Shown here: in pieces, positions 46,965-56,713 of the stretch
Numbering within the stretch: the stretch's first letter is position 1
How the letters are laid out: every line of letters begins with the position of its first letter
DNA from: Candidatus Saccharimonadales bacterium
GTDB taxonomy: Bacteria > Patescibacteriota > Saccharimonadia > Saccharimonadales > 2-12-FULL-41-12
DNA length: 64,000 nt
Assembly: GCA_051005235.1 (NCBI GenBank)
Contig: JBPCJO010000045.1
Location: forward strand, 1,024-65,023
Direction: 5' to 3'
Position numbers and translations under genes: made by a program
The notes under the pieces: model-generated
What the model saw: only the letters and a program-made list of their open reading frames with translations
The model's database searches: none
What the model was told of the DNA's origin: nothing

Positions 46965-47354
46965 ATGGTAAAAAATCAAACCGGGTTTACGCTAATTGAG
47001 CTTGTAGTAAGTATTACCCTAATCGGTGTCGTAATTGGCAGCACCTTGACATTGTTCCTGACAATCCAGAGTACACAGCGCCGAACAGTTTATCTGGAGA
47101 CAGCTACCCGATCTGCCCAACGCAAAATGGAATCGCTCCGAAACAATAATTACAATAATTTAGTTGCCGGCCAGACGCTAAACTTTACTGCCGAATTACC
47201 AGTAGAACTAAAAAACCGAACAGGTAGCGTATTAGTCAGTGAGCCGACCCCGGGTTTAAAACGGATCGATATAACGGTTGAGTATTACGAAGGTACTAGC
47301 CGCCAAGAAGTTAAGTTAAGTTCTTTGGTAGGGATTTTAGGAATTACCCAATGA
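46965..47354 (+). CDS. Minor pilin (prepilin-type N-terminal cleavage/methylation domain)
   Basis: MVKNQTG/FTLIELVVSITLIGVV. Confidence 0.8.
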   Translation: MVKNQTGFTLIELVVSITLIGVVIGSTLTLFLTIQSTQRRTVYLETATRSAQRKMESLRNNNYNNLVAGQTLNFTAELPVELKNRTGSVLVSEPTPGLKRIDITVEYYEGTSRQEVKLSSLVGILGITQ

Positions 47355-48016
47355 TCAAAGTGAACACAACCAGCAAAGGCTTTACCCTTGTAGAAACAGT
47401 CATCTCTCTTACAGTTGTAGCTATTTTGCTGACCGTTATTGCTAATTTTTCGATTAGCACGCTTAGCCAAAGTTCAGTTGAGGCAAGTCGGGCTAACTTA
47501 TTGTCGGAATCTCAGATTGCTATGGATCGAGTTATCAACGATATTCGACTGTCGTCGGGGGCAGACGAGAGTAACCGCTACGCCGACCCAAACAACCCAG
47601 ACGGTAGTTTAGCTTGGGAATCCACTTCCGGAACGCTTGTCCTTGCTACAGCCGTTCAAGACGCCAGTAATACGATTATTTTTGCCGACCCAACCAAGTA
47701 TATATCCGAAAAGAATAATGTTGTTTACTTCGTGAAAGATAAAGTTCTGTATAAGCGGGTACTGGCTTCTCCTGTGGCTAATAATGCTGCTGTAACTACT
47801 TGTCCGGCAGCAGCGGCTACGACAGTTTGTCCGGCTGACCGTGCCTTACTAAGTAATGTTACAAATTTCAGCATCAAGTACCTGAATGGTGATGATCAAG
47901 AAGTTATTCCAACCGAAAGCCGATCTATCGAACTAACTGTCCAAACAGCAGTTTCTAAATTCAGTCAAAATATAACCAGTAACTACACAACAAGGGCGGT
48001 ATTTAGAAATGATTAA
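47351..48016 (+). CDS. Minor pilin (PilW-like)
   Basis: TTSKG/FTLVETVISLTVVAIL. Confidence 0.75.
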   Translation: MIKVNTTSKGFTLVETVISLTVVAILLTVIANFSISTLSQSSVEASRANLLSESQIAMDRVINDIRLSSGADESNRYADPNNPDGSLAWESTSGTLVLATAVQDASNTIIFADPTKYISEKNNVVYFVKDKVLYKRVLASPVANNAAVTTCPAAAATTVCPADRALLSNVTNFSIKYLNGDDQEVIPTESRSIELTVQTAVSKFSQNITSNYTTRAVFRND

Positions 48017-49412
48017 TAAGTTGCGCTTCCCACTGATCAAAAATCAGCGCGGAATGATATTAGTGACTTTGATTGCCATGATGACGGCTTTCGCTATAAT
48101 CGGACTGGCGCTTAGCAGTTACACTACAAGTCAGTATAGCCGCACCAGAACAAATGTATTTATCGCCAATGCGACTCAAGTAGCTGAGGCTGGTATCGAA
48201 AATTCTTTATATCAGATTAACCAAGATGAAACATTCGCCGGTTTTACGACTGATCAGGAGTTTTTCAATAATGCTACCCAAGGCCGAGCGGTTTACACGA
48301 CCGAGGTTATACCTACGGCCGACAGTAATGCTAAAATTGTTACTTCAACCGCTAAAATCTATCGGCTATCTGACTTGGTTAAGCCAGTGAGCATCCGCAA
48401 AATAAAGGTAACTATTGTTGGGACTAACTCGGCTGGATACTCTGTATATAGTGGTCCCGGTGGACTTAATATAAGCGGTAACGCCACTATTACGAACACC
48501 AACGTTTATGTAAATGGCAAAATCAATTTAAGCGGTACCGCCGGAATTGGTACAAACGCTCAGCCAGTTAGTGTTTCGGTTGCGAATATAGCCTGTCCCA
48601 CAGGCGCTACACCCGGCCCAACCTACCCAACGCTATGTACAACTGGCGAACCAATTAGTATGACTGCTAATACTAAGATATACGGCACCGTCTGTGCGAC
48701 CGGCCAAACCAGTACTGGACCCAATAACAATATACAGCCGGGTAACGGTGGAGAAGGCCTTAAACCTGGCTGTACGGCACCGGCAGTTTCCTCGATTACC
48801 TACGACCGTGCTGCCCATATTGCCGCGGTAACTACTACCGGGTCGGCTAACAGCAGTACCTACGCTTGTAGCGGAAGCAGTTCTAAAACATGGCCGGCTA
48901 ACCTTAAGCTAACGGGCAACGTGTCAATAAGCGGAAACTGCAACTTACGCATTACCGGTAACGTCTATGTCACCGGTAATCTTAATATCACCGGTGGTAC
49001 AATTACCATTGACGACGCACTAGGAGCTACACGTCCGGTAATAATAGTTGACGGCACGGTTAGTGTAAATGGTAATACCAAGCTTATAGCTAACTCATCA
49101 GGAATTGGTATGCACCTGATTAGCTTTAAAAGCACCGGGGCTTGTAGTCCAAATTGCACGGCTGTAACTGGTACTGACCTTAAGACGTCGCAAGACCTAC
49201 AAACGGTTACGGTAAGTGGCAATGCGAATATGCCGGGGGTAATCTACCAGGCGTACTGGTCTAAAGCTGTTCTATCTGGTACTGGTAACATTGGCGCAGC
49301 GATTGGCCAAACAATCGATCTAAGCGGCAACGGTACGGTTATCTTTGGTACGATTCTCTCCTCGGGCAATCGTTCGTGGAGCGTCACGAGCTACCAGCAA
49401 GACTTTGATTGA
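48009..49412 (+). CDS. PilX-like large pilus-associated protein with parallel beta-helix-like repeats
   Basis: The N-terminus KNQRGMILVTLIAMMTAFAIIGLAL is PilX_N-like. The C-terminus has repeated (T/S)GN(V/A)xIxG units (LKLTGNVSISGNCNLRITGNVYVTGNLNITGG). Confidence 0.65.
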   Translation: MINKLRFPLIKNQRGMILVTLIAMMTAFAIIGLALSSYTTSQYSRTRTNVFIANATQVAEAGIENSLYQINQDETFAGFTTDQEFFNNATQGRAVYTTEVIPTADSNAKIVTSTAKIYRLSDLVKPVSIRKIKVTIVGTNSAGYSVYSGPGGLNISGNATITNTNVYVNGKINLSGTAGIGTNAQPVSVSVANIACPTGATPGPTYPTLCTTGEPISMTANTKIYGTVCATGQTSTGPNNNIQPGNGGEGLKPGCTAPAVSSITYDRAAHIAAVTTTGSANSSTYACSGSSSKTWPANLKLTGNVSISGNCNLRITGNVYVTGNLNITGGTITIDDALGATRPVIIVDGTVSVNGNTKLIANSSGIGMHLISFKSTGACSPNCTAVTGTDLKTSQDLQTVTVSGNANMPGVIYQAYWSKAVLSGTGNIGAAIGQTIDLSGNGTVIFGTILSSGNRSWSVTSYQQDFD

Positions 49413-49442
49413 TCATATATTTATCGCTAGTTGTCTAAAATT

Positions 49443-49472
49443 AAAAACTCCCGCTATTAAACGGGAGTTTTT
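49443..49472. terminator. Bidirectional intrinsic terminator between convergent pilus operons
   Basis: AAAAA-ACTCCCG-ctattaaa-CGGGAGT-TTTT. Confidence 0.8.
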
Positions 49473-49492
49473 AGAAGAGATTAGTTAAACGG

Positions 49493-49930
49493 TTAGTTTA
49501 AGTTCTTCTTCTCGATAGCAGAGCCAGAACCTTCACGGGTTGCTGAAAGGGTGTACGTTGTACAACCAGTTGCGTCGCAGGTGCCAGAGTAGCCATACTG
49601 AGAAGCTGTAGAAGCTGCTGCAAGCTGAGGCGTTGTACCTTTAGGATCTTGTAATGCCTGGGCATCGAGGCTCCTCATTTTGTCGGTACGGACAGGGCCA
49701 CTAGCATTATTAAGTTCGTCGAGTGTCGGGTAGCGGTTTTCTTCGTTAAAGAACGCTTCGAGTTGTGTGTGAATGACTTTTATGTCGCTCTCACGCTCTA
49801 CGTTACGTGCTTTACGCTGGATACCAGCAAATGTGGTTACTACTAAAGCGGCCAAGATACCGATCACGACGATCACGATCAAGAGCTCGACAATAGTAAA
49901 TCCACTTTGTTTTCGTTTTAGTGAGATCAG
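49493..49930 (-). CDS. Major type IV pilin (non-canonical start)
   Basis: The track ORF starts at TTG 49882, inside the hydrophobic helix. Extending in frame gives (CTG)-ISLKRKQSG/FTIVELLIVIVVIGILAAL, with AAGGAGG upstream and an in-frame TAA at 49952..49954. There is no ATG/GTG/TTG in between. Confidence 0.75.
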   Translation of the reverse strand: MISLKRKQSGFTIVELLIVIVVIGILAALVVTTFAGIQRKARNVERESDIKVIHTQLEAFFNEENRYPTLDELNNASGPVRTDKMRSLDAQALQDPKGTTPQLAAASTASQYGYSGTCDATGCTTYTLSATREGSGSAIEKKNLN

Positions 49931-50061
49931 AAAGGGCCCACCCTCCTTATATTAATTTTTTACTTGATCTTAATGCGATATTATCGGTTAAATATCTAAC
50001 ACTAAGTATCTAGGTTATGATTATTAAGCATTACCGTAATAATATCAAGAGCTTTTATTGC

Positions 50062-51279
50062 TTATTCAGAACCAACATTTTGGCTGAGGGAGGCGATTGG
50101 GCCCATTACACTAGCGGCAATCAGACCAACCATACCACCTAGCACAATAATCATGGCGGGCTCAATTAAAGAACTTAATCCCTCAATCAGCGCGTCAACT
50201 TCTTCTTCATAAAAGTCAGCAACTTTTAAAAGAATGGTGTCGGTTTGGCCGGTTTCTTCACCGATTGACAGCATCTGGCTGACGATTGCCGGAAAGTACG
50301 GGCTGGCAGCCAGTGGTTCGGACAATTGTTTGCCGTTTCGGACTTGTTTAGCGGCGTCTCGTAGCTCGGCTTCGATTACTTTATTACCAATGGCGCTGCC
50401 TGTTACCTCAAGTGCTTCGAGGACGGTCACTCCAGCTGACATGAGCGATGCGAAGGTGCGGGCAAACCGGGCGACAGCAATTTTGGTAATAACGTTCTTT
50501 AAAATTGGCAATTTAAGAAGTAAGTAGTGAAACCTGTACTTACCTTTTGGCGTTTTAATATACCGCTTTGTTACAAATACCGTAACGCCGACCACGCCAA
50601 TTATTATAATTGCGTTTTGTTGCATAAAGGTGCTTGCGTCAAGCATTACCTGTGTATAAATTGGTAATTTAGCGTTGGGTCCGCCCAGGTCTTTAATAAT
50701 GGCGCCCAGCTTTGGTATGACAAAGATCATAATCCCGAAGAAGGCAACAACCGTAATACCTAGGATTGCCACAGGATACGCGGCAGCACTTTTAATCTTT
50801 TTACGTATCGTGGCATCTTTTTCTACCTGAGTTGCCAGACGTTTCAAAATTTCATCTAAAATTCCGCCCGCTTCACCGGCTCGCACCATGTTAACGTAAA
50901 TCTCGCCAAACACATTGGGGTATTTTGCCAGAGCCTCGTTGAGTGCCATGCCACCTTCAATGTCTTTAGATATTCCGCCAATAACTTTACCAAAATATTT
51001 ATTATCAGTTTGAGCTTGCATTGTAGCTAGTGACCGCGTCAACGGCACACCAGCCGAAACCATCGTAGAAAGCTGGCGGGTAAAAATGACCAAATCTTTT
51101 TGTTTTACGCTACCACCCTTTCTACTTAAGAAATTTAAGCGAGTAGAAGCTTCTTTGACAGTCAAGACATGAATGTTTTGCTTGGCGAGTGTGGCAATTA
51201 CTGCCTCTCGCGATGCTGCCTCGCTGCTGCCGCTGAGCGGCTTGCCATCTTTGGTTGCGGTGTAATTAAAACGTACCAT
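50062..51279 (-). CDS. pilC: Type IV pilus platform protein PilC (GspF family)
   Basis: 405 aa. Duplicated GspF domains with three TM segments. Confidence 0.9.
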   Translation of the reverse strand: MVRFNYTATKDGKPLSGSSEAASREAVIATLAKQNIHVLTVKEASTRLNFLSRKGGSVKQKDLVIFTRQLSTMVSAGVPLTRSLATMQAQTDNKYFGKVIGGISKDIEGGMALNEALAKYPNVFGEIYVNMVRAGEAGGILDEILKRLATQVEKDATIRKKIKSAAAYPVAILGITVVAFFGIMIFVIPKLGAIIKDLGGPNAKLPIYTQVMLDASTFMQQNAIIIIGVVGVTVFVTKRYIKTPKGKYRFHYLLLKLPILKNVITKIAVARFARTFASLMSAGVTVLEALEVTGSAIGNKVIEAELRDAAKQVRNGKQLSEPLAASPYFPAIVSQMLSIGEETGQTDTILLKVADFYEEEVDALIEGLSSLIEPAMIIVLGGMVGLIAASVMGPIASLSQNVGSE

Positions 51280-51284
51280 AGTAA

Positions 51285-53102
51285 TTAATCGACGCTCGTT
51301 ACGCGCAGTATCTCCTCTACACTGGTTTGGCCACGCAGTGATTTAATAAAGCCATCAAGCTGCATGGTCATCATACCATCGGCAATGGCTTCGCCTTGGA
51401 TTTTATCACTGGTTGCATTACTTACAATTGATTTTTGAACATTGTCGGAGTTACTGAGCACTTCGTATATGCCAATTCGGCCTTTATAGCCCGTATGGGC
51501 GCAGCTATCACAGCCCTTTGCATGGGGGCGCCACAAGGCGGTGATGGTGCTTTCGGTGGTTGCCAAATCATCGGTGCTGGCCTTCGAATCAGATTTTGCA
51601 GTATTTGACTTCCCGATTCCTCCACTAAGCGCCTGTTTTTCAAGATCATGAATAAATGTCATATATTTTGGATCATCAATCTTAAAAGTACGGGCGATTT
51701 CTTTAAGCGCGATCTGGTCTGGTTTATAGACTTCACGGCAATCTACACAGAGTCGCCGGACTAAACGTTGGCCGACGACGGCGCGAACGGTGCTAGCAAT
51801 CAGGAACGGTTCGATACCCATATCGAGCAAACGCGGTAAGCATGTCGCAGCATTATTGGTGTGTAGCGTTGCAAAGACTAAGTGGCCGGTTAGGGCAGCT
51901 TGTACGGCTAACCCAGCAGTTTCACTGTCCCGGATCTCGCCTACCATAATAATGTTAGGATCTTGTCGCAGCAGGGCCCGCAAGCCAGCCACAAAGGTCA
52001 TGCCAGCCTTGGGGTTAACCTGTGTTTGGTTGGCGCCAGGAATTTTATACTCTACTGGGTCTTCGATAGTTGAAATATTTACCGATGGGCGGTTGAGCAA
52101 ACTTAAAACACTGAAGAGACTGGTTGATTTACCTGACCCGGTCGGCCCGGTCACCAAGATCATGCCATGCGGCTGGACGATTGCCTGGTTAATGATCTCA
52201 AGGGATACGCCCCAATAACCGAGGTCTTCTAGGCTAATGGCTTTGTTCGATTCATCTAAAATACGCATGACTACTTTTTCACCTTCGGTGATTGGTAATG
52301 TCGAAACACGCAACGCAAACACGCCTTCGCCAACCTGAATTTTAAAGCGGCCGTCTTGCGGCATGCGACGCTCATCAATTTTAAGGTTACTCAAGATTTT
52401 GATACGGCTAACGAGTGCGCTATGTACTTTCTTCGGCAACTTGTTAGCTTCTTTAAGAACGCCATCAATACGGTAGCGGACGATGATGTGGCCTTCGCGT
52501 GGCTCAATGTGAATATCGCTGGCCCCTGCCTTAATGGCATACTCGATAAGCAGGTTAACGGTTTGGGCAATCGGCGAGTCTTCGGCTAAGTCCGCTTCGT
52601 CCAATTCTTCAACAGCTTCTTCGATTTCACCGTCCGGAGTAAGTACTTTGGTGAGTTCGCTACTGACGTTACCACGGTACTGGTCGAGCCCCACGTTAAT
52701 CGTTGACCCGGTGGCGACGTGAACTTTAATGTCTGAGCCGAGCTGTTTTTGTAAGAAGTTAAGCGCCTGCACGTCATCGGGGTCTTCCATGGCAAGCATT
52801 TTGCTGCCGTCGTCATTAACACCAAATAAGATTACTTTATACTGCCGGGCAATCCGCTCTGGAACCAGTTTTAGGATTTCTCGCGGGATCTCCTTGGCAT
52901 TGAGCTCAATAAAGGGTATGTCGATGGCATCAGCGTACAATTTTGTTAGTTCTTTTTCGTTAACAATGCCGTTTCGGACCGCAATATCTTGCAGAGGTTT
53001 CTTCTCGGTTCTTTCTTGCTCGCGCAAACTAACTAACTGCTCATCGGTGACTTTTTGAGCGTCACGAAGCAATTGTTCAACTAGACTGTCAGAAATTCGC
53101 AT
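51285..53102 (-). CDS. pilB: Type IV pilus assembly ATPase PilB (GspE family)
   Basis: Walker A GPTGSGKST, Asp/His boxes, and the tetracysteine cluster CVDC...CDSC. Confidence 0.9.
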   Translation of the reverse strand: MRISDSLVEQLLRDAQKVTDEQLVSLREQERTEKKPLQDIAVRNGIVNEKELTKLYADAIDIPFIELNAKEIPREILKLVPERIARQYKVILFGVNDDGSKMLAMEDPDDVQALNFLQKQLGSDIKVHVATGSTINVGLDQYRGNVSSELTKVLTPDGEIEEAVEELDEADLAEDSPIAQTVNLLIEYAIKAGASDIHIEPREGHIIVRYRIDGVLKEANKLPKKVHSALVSRIKILSNLKIDERRMPQDGRFKIQVGEGVFALRVSTLPITEGEKVVMRILDESNKAISLEDLGYWGVSLEIINQAIVQPHGMILVTGPTGSGKSTSLFSVLSLLNRPSVNISTIEDPVEYKIPGANQTQVNPKAGMTFVAGLRALLRQDPNIIMVGEIRDSETAGLAVQAALTGHLVFATLHTNNAATCLPRLLDMGIEPFLIASTVRAVVGQRLVRRLCVDCREVYKPDQIALKEIARTFKIDDPKYMTFIHDLEKQALSGGIGKSNTAKSDSKASTDDLATTESTITALWRPHAKGCDSCAHTGYKGRIGIYEVLSNSDNVQKSIVSNATSDKIQGEAIADGMMTMQLDGFIKSLRGQTSVEEILRVTSVD

Positions 53103-53322
53103 ACTTACTCTTTAGTATACATAAAAAGCACGAGCACTTTAACTATAATGGCTCTAATTTAATAATTTCTTCATAATTAGCTCGTATATTTTAGTCTAGA
53201 AAGGAAATAAACAGTGGTAATAAACACTAAAATTTTGGTATAATAATAAGACTAACTAACATCTCTTTATCTAGAATATTTAGCATAAAGACCTGACAAC
53301 AAGGACATAGGGGAATTACTAC

Positions 53323-54369
53323 ATGGCTGATAAATCAACAAAGAAGGCTACTGCCGCCGCTGCTGCCGAAGATACTCAAATGACTGGTAAGCAAAAGGCA
53401 CTTGGTTTAGCACTCGAAACTATCGAGAAACAGTTTGGCAAAGGCTCAATCATGAAATTAGGCGAAGCCCATCGCACTCAAGTAGAAACGGTATCAACTG
53501 GTAGCTTGAGCCTCGATATCGCCCTTGGCGGCGGCATACCTAAAGGGCGTATTATCGAAGTCTACGGTCCAGAAAGCTCCGGCAAAACCACGCTTACGCT
53601 CCATGCTATAGCCGAAATTCAAAAAAGAGGCGGTTCGGCAGCTTTTATCGATGCCGAGCACGCCCTCGACCCAAGTTACGCCAAGCGCCTTGGGGTCGAC
53701 ACCGATAACTTGCTTATCTCTCAACCAGACAACGGCGAGCAGGCCTTAGAAATCACCGAAACGTTGGTGCGTAGTAACGCGGTAGACCTCATTGTGGTTG
53801 ACTCGGTCGCTGCCTTGGTACCCCGAGCCGAAATCGAAGGTGATATGGGTGATTCGCACATGGGCTTGCAAGCCCGCCTTATGAGCCAAGCGCTCCGTAA
53901 ACTAACTGGTGTCATTAGCCGCTCTAACACCACTGTTATTTTCATCAACCAGATTCGTATGAAGATTGGCGTTATGTTTGGCAACCCCGAGACAACCACC
54001 GGTGGTAATGCGCTTAAATTTTACGCCTCTGTTCGTATGGACATTCGCCGTATATCGCAAATTAAACAGGGCGATGAAATTATCGGCAACCGAACCCGGG
54101 TTAAAGTGGTTAAAAACAAGGTGGCGCCGCCATTTAGGCAAGCCGAGTTCGATATTATGTACAACAAAGGTATCAGCCGCTCCGGCGACATTGTAGACCT
54201 TGGGGTCCTTCATAACATCATCGAAAAAGCCGGTGCCTGGTTTGCCTACAAAGACGCTAAAATTGGTCAGGGCCGCGAAGCCGCCAAAACCTACCTCGAA
54301 GAAAATCCAAAAATAATGGAAGAAGTCGCCGTTAAAATTCGCGAAGCCGTCGAGAAGAGTAATACCTAA
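53323..54369 (+). CDS. recA: Recombinase RecA
   Basis: [19 protein letters not shown] and [10 protein letters not shown]. Confidence 0.97.
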   Translation: MADKSTKKATAAAAAEDTQMTGKQKALGLALETIEKQFGKGSIMKLGEAHRTQVETVSTGSLSLDIALGGGIPKGRIIEVYGPESSGKTTLTLHAIAEIQKRGGSAAFIDAEHALDPSYAKRLGVDTDNLLISQPDNGEQALEITETLVRSNAVDLIVVDSVAALVPRAEIEGDMGDSHMGLQARLMSQALRKLTGVISRSNTTVIFINQIRMKIGVMFGNPETTTGGNALKFYASVRMDIRRISQIKQGDEIIGNRTRVKVVKNKVAPPFRQAEFDIMYNKGISRSGDIVDLGVLHNIIEKAGAWFAYKDAKIGQGREAAKTYLEENPKIMEEVAVKIREAVEKSNT

Positions 54370-54376
54370 GAGAACA

Positions 54377-54697
54377 ATGACTAAGCAACCCCAAACTCTT
54401 CCTGAATACCAAGCTTTGATGCGAAAGCTGATAATTGAGCGGGGTTATGACAAAGAAACAGTGGCTGAAGTTTTTATGTTGCTAGTGGAAGAGGTTGGTG
54501 AGCTTGGCAAGGCTATTCGTAAAGATTCAGGGCTTAAGGTTGGTGACCACTCCAAGCACCATGAATTAGCACACGAACTGGCCGATGTCTTTTGGCTGGT
54601 TATTGATCTTACGAACCGCCTAGACTTGGATTTAGCGCAGGCTTTCCTTGAAAAAGAAGCCATTAATCAGCAACGAGCACATAGACCAGAGCTATGA
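54377..54697 (+). CDS. MazG-like nucleotide pyrophosphohydrolase
   Basis: LLVEEVGELGKAIRK...ELADVFWLVIDL is the EExxE...D four-helix MazG pattern. Confidence 0.7.
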   Translation: MTKQPQTLPEYQALMRKLIIERGYDKETVAEVFMLLVEEVGELGKAIRKDSGLKVGDHSKHHELAHELADVFWLVIDLTNRLDLDLAQAFLEKEAINQQRAHRPEL

Positions 54698-55299
54698 CAA
54701 TCACCAAAATTGAAGCCCAGATCAAGCAAAAAGGCCGTTACTCAATTTTTATTGATGATGCGTTCGCGTTTGGGCTTAGTGAACTGGGTTTAATAAACAG
54801 TGGCCTGCGTCTTAATCAAGAACTTTCAAGCCGAGAGCTTGCTACCTTTAAAGAAGAAGCCAAGACCGACAAGATTTATAATCAAACACTTGGTTTAATA
54901 GCCCGGCGTCCGCGCAGTGAGTGGGAAGTCAGAGACTATTTAAAGCGCAAAGCGACCGACCCCGAGGCGGCTGACGCTATCATCAATAGGCTAAACGGCA
55001 GAGGTTATATTGATGACCAAGATTTTGCACAGCGTTGGGTTGAAAGTAGGCGCCTGCGCGGACCAATCAGCAAGCGGAAGCTCGAAATTGAACTGCGTAC
55101 CAAACGCATACACGACAGCGTCATTAAAGCTGTTTTAAACCATGACGAAAGTGACGAGTACGATGTTTTGCTGCTTGAGATCAAAAAAAAGCGCCGCCAA
55201 CCACGCTACCAAGACGATAAACGCTTAATGCAATACCTGGCGCGCCAGGGCTATAGCTACGACGATATAAAGCGCGGTCTAGCCAGCGACACTAGGTGA
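54694..55299 (+). CDS. recX: RecA regulator RecX
   Basis: 201 aa of repeated three-helix units (RSEWEVRDYLKRK..., YIDDQDFAQRWVESR). Assigned also by its position after recA. Confidence 0.75.
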   Translation: MTITKIEAQIKQKGRYSIFIDDAFAFGLSELGLINSGLRLNQELSSRELATFKEEAKTDKIYNQTLGLIARRPRSEWEVRDYLKRKATDPEAADAIINRLNGRGYIDDQDFAQRWVESRRLRGPISKRKLEIELRTKRIHDSVIKAVLNHDESDEYDVLLLEIKKKRRQPRYQDDKRLMQYLARQGYSYDDIKRGLASDTR

Positions 55300-55809
55300 C
55301 GCCGCGCCGCGCCTAACCCGTGATTTCTCGGTTGGCTCTTCAATTACGACACGCTTATCTGTGACTTCAACGATTTGCGACCTGTCTATGCTCAATGTAC
55401 CGCCGTTAAAGTTCTTGACTAGTGACTGATTAACGTAGAGTTTTTGTATAAAGAAATTCTTAGTTTCAAAAGCGTAGTCATTAACTTTCCCATAACGGGT
55501 GCCATTTTCGGAGGTAACTTTTAAGCCAAGCAGGTTAAATTCTAGCTTCAGCACTTCTTTGAGTCGAATCAATTCATCGGCTGCCGCTAGAACTTCGTGG
55601 TCGTTAACAACAAAACCTTGCGGGAGTACGTCTCTAATGTCGTTACTTAATAGTACAAGCGGCTGTCGGCTGCGGTTATCTTCGACATGCCAACCCTCAA
55701 GGTACAAATTGTTGGGGTTAATAATGGGAGATATCAGAGTCGCGATCGGCCCGCCCGTCCGAAGCGACAGTATTGGGGTCCCTGGAGTTGATTCATATAG
55801 TTTAAGCAT
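55279..55809 (-). CDS. Tandem PRC-barrel domain protein
   Basis: ILSLRTGGPIATLISPIINPNNLYLEGWHV and LLGLKVTSENGTRYGKVNDYAFETKNFFIQKLYV are PRC-barrel-like. Confidence 0.5.
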   Translation of the reverse strand: MLKLYESTPGTPILSLRTGGPIATLISPIINPNNLYLEGWHVEDNRSRQPLVLLSNDIRDVLPQGFVVNDHEVLAAADELIRLKEVLKLEFNLLGLKVTSENGTRYGKVNDYAFETKNFFIQKLYVNQSLVKNFNGGTLSIDRSQIVEVTDKRVVIEEPTEKSRVRRGAASPSVAG

Positions 55810-55835
55810 TACTGGGTATCATTATACAAATACTT

Positions 55836-56306
55836 ATGAACTTAAGTATAGTAATAGGTATGATATGTACATTCGAGTCGAAAGGTTCAGAAGCCACCCA
55901 GTCGTTTGCCGAACGGCTTGGCCGTCAACTTCGGGGCGGCGAAATCATCGAGCTGATTGCCGACATAGGAGCGGGGAAAACAACCTTTGTTCGGGGTTTA
56001 GCTTGTGGCATCGATAGTAGCGACGTGGTTACAAGCCCAACGTTTACCATACGCAACGTGTACCAGGGAAGGCTCACTATCTACCACTACGACCTCTACC
56101 GGTTGCACAATGACCAATTGATTAAGAGCGAATTAGCCGAAGCGCTCGAAGACGACCAGGCTGTTATTGTCCTTGAATGGGCAACAGAAGTTAAGGCTAT
56201 ATTACCGCACGATTGTTTAAAGATTGCATTTTCAACGTCGGGAGAAGCCACGCGGACACTAAAAGTTACAGTGCCATCAAAATATAATTATATGGATATC
56301 GCATGA
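55836..56306 (+). CDS. tsaE: tRNA t6A biosynthesis ATPase TsaE
   Basis: ADIGAGKTTFVRGLA and SPTFTI. The start could be the internal ATG at 55860. Confidence 0.8.
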   Translation: MNLSIVIGMICTFESKGSEATQSFAERLGRQLRGGEIIELIADIGAGKTTFVRGLACGIDSSDVVTSPTFTIRNVYQGRLTIYHYDLYRLHNDQLIKSELAEALEDDQAVIVLEWATEVKAILPHDCLKIAFSTSGEATRTLKVTVPSKYNYMDIA

Positions 56307-56689
56307 TACTGACGATTCGAACCGACAACCCCCAAGCAGAGGTCGGACTGTATCAAGGCGACCAAAAAGTTGCCTATAAAACGTGGCAGGCTCACCGCGA
56401 ACTCAGCGCCACTATACATAAAGTTATTGATGAACTACTCGACGATAAAAAACTTACCCTAGACGACCTGACTGGGATTGTTTTCTATAAAGGCCCGGGT
56501 AGCTTTACGGGTTTGCGAATTGGGGCGGCGGTAGCCAATGCTCTAGCCTCGGTAAATCACACTCCGATAACACAATCAGACGGTGAGAACTGGGTACAGG
56601 TTGGTCTCAAAATGCTAGAAAAAAAAGAGTTCATCATGGCACAGCCAAACTATGGGGCAGAGGCATTTGTTACCAAGCCAAAAAAATAA
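56303..56689 (+). CDS. tsaB: TsaB-like protein, N-terminal domain only
   Basis: GPGSFTGLRIGAAVANALA. Only 128 aa. Confidence 0.7.
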   Translation: MILTIRTDNPQAEVGLYQGDQKVAYKTWQAHRELSATIHKVIDELLDDKKLTLDDLTGIVFYKGPGSFTGLRIGAAVANALASVNHTPITQSDGENWVQVGLKMLEKKEFIMAQPNYGAEAFVTKPKK

Positions 56690-56713
56690 TTGATAGAATA
56701 ATAGGTACCTACT

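Noticed and set aside
53103-53322. I looked for an SOS/LexA-type operator (Cheo box GAAC-N4-GTTC or CTGT-N8-ACAG) upstream of recA.
   Set aside because: There are only imperfect AT-rich pseudo-palindromes (for example CTAGAATATTTAG), and no lexA gene is in the window. I make no call.
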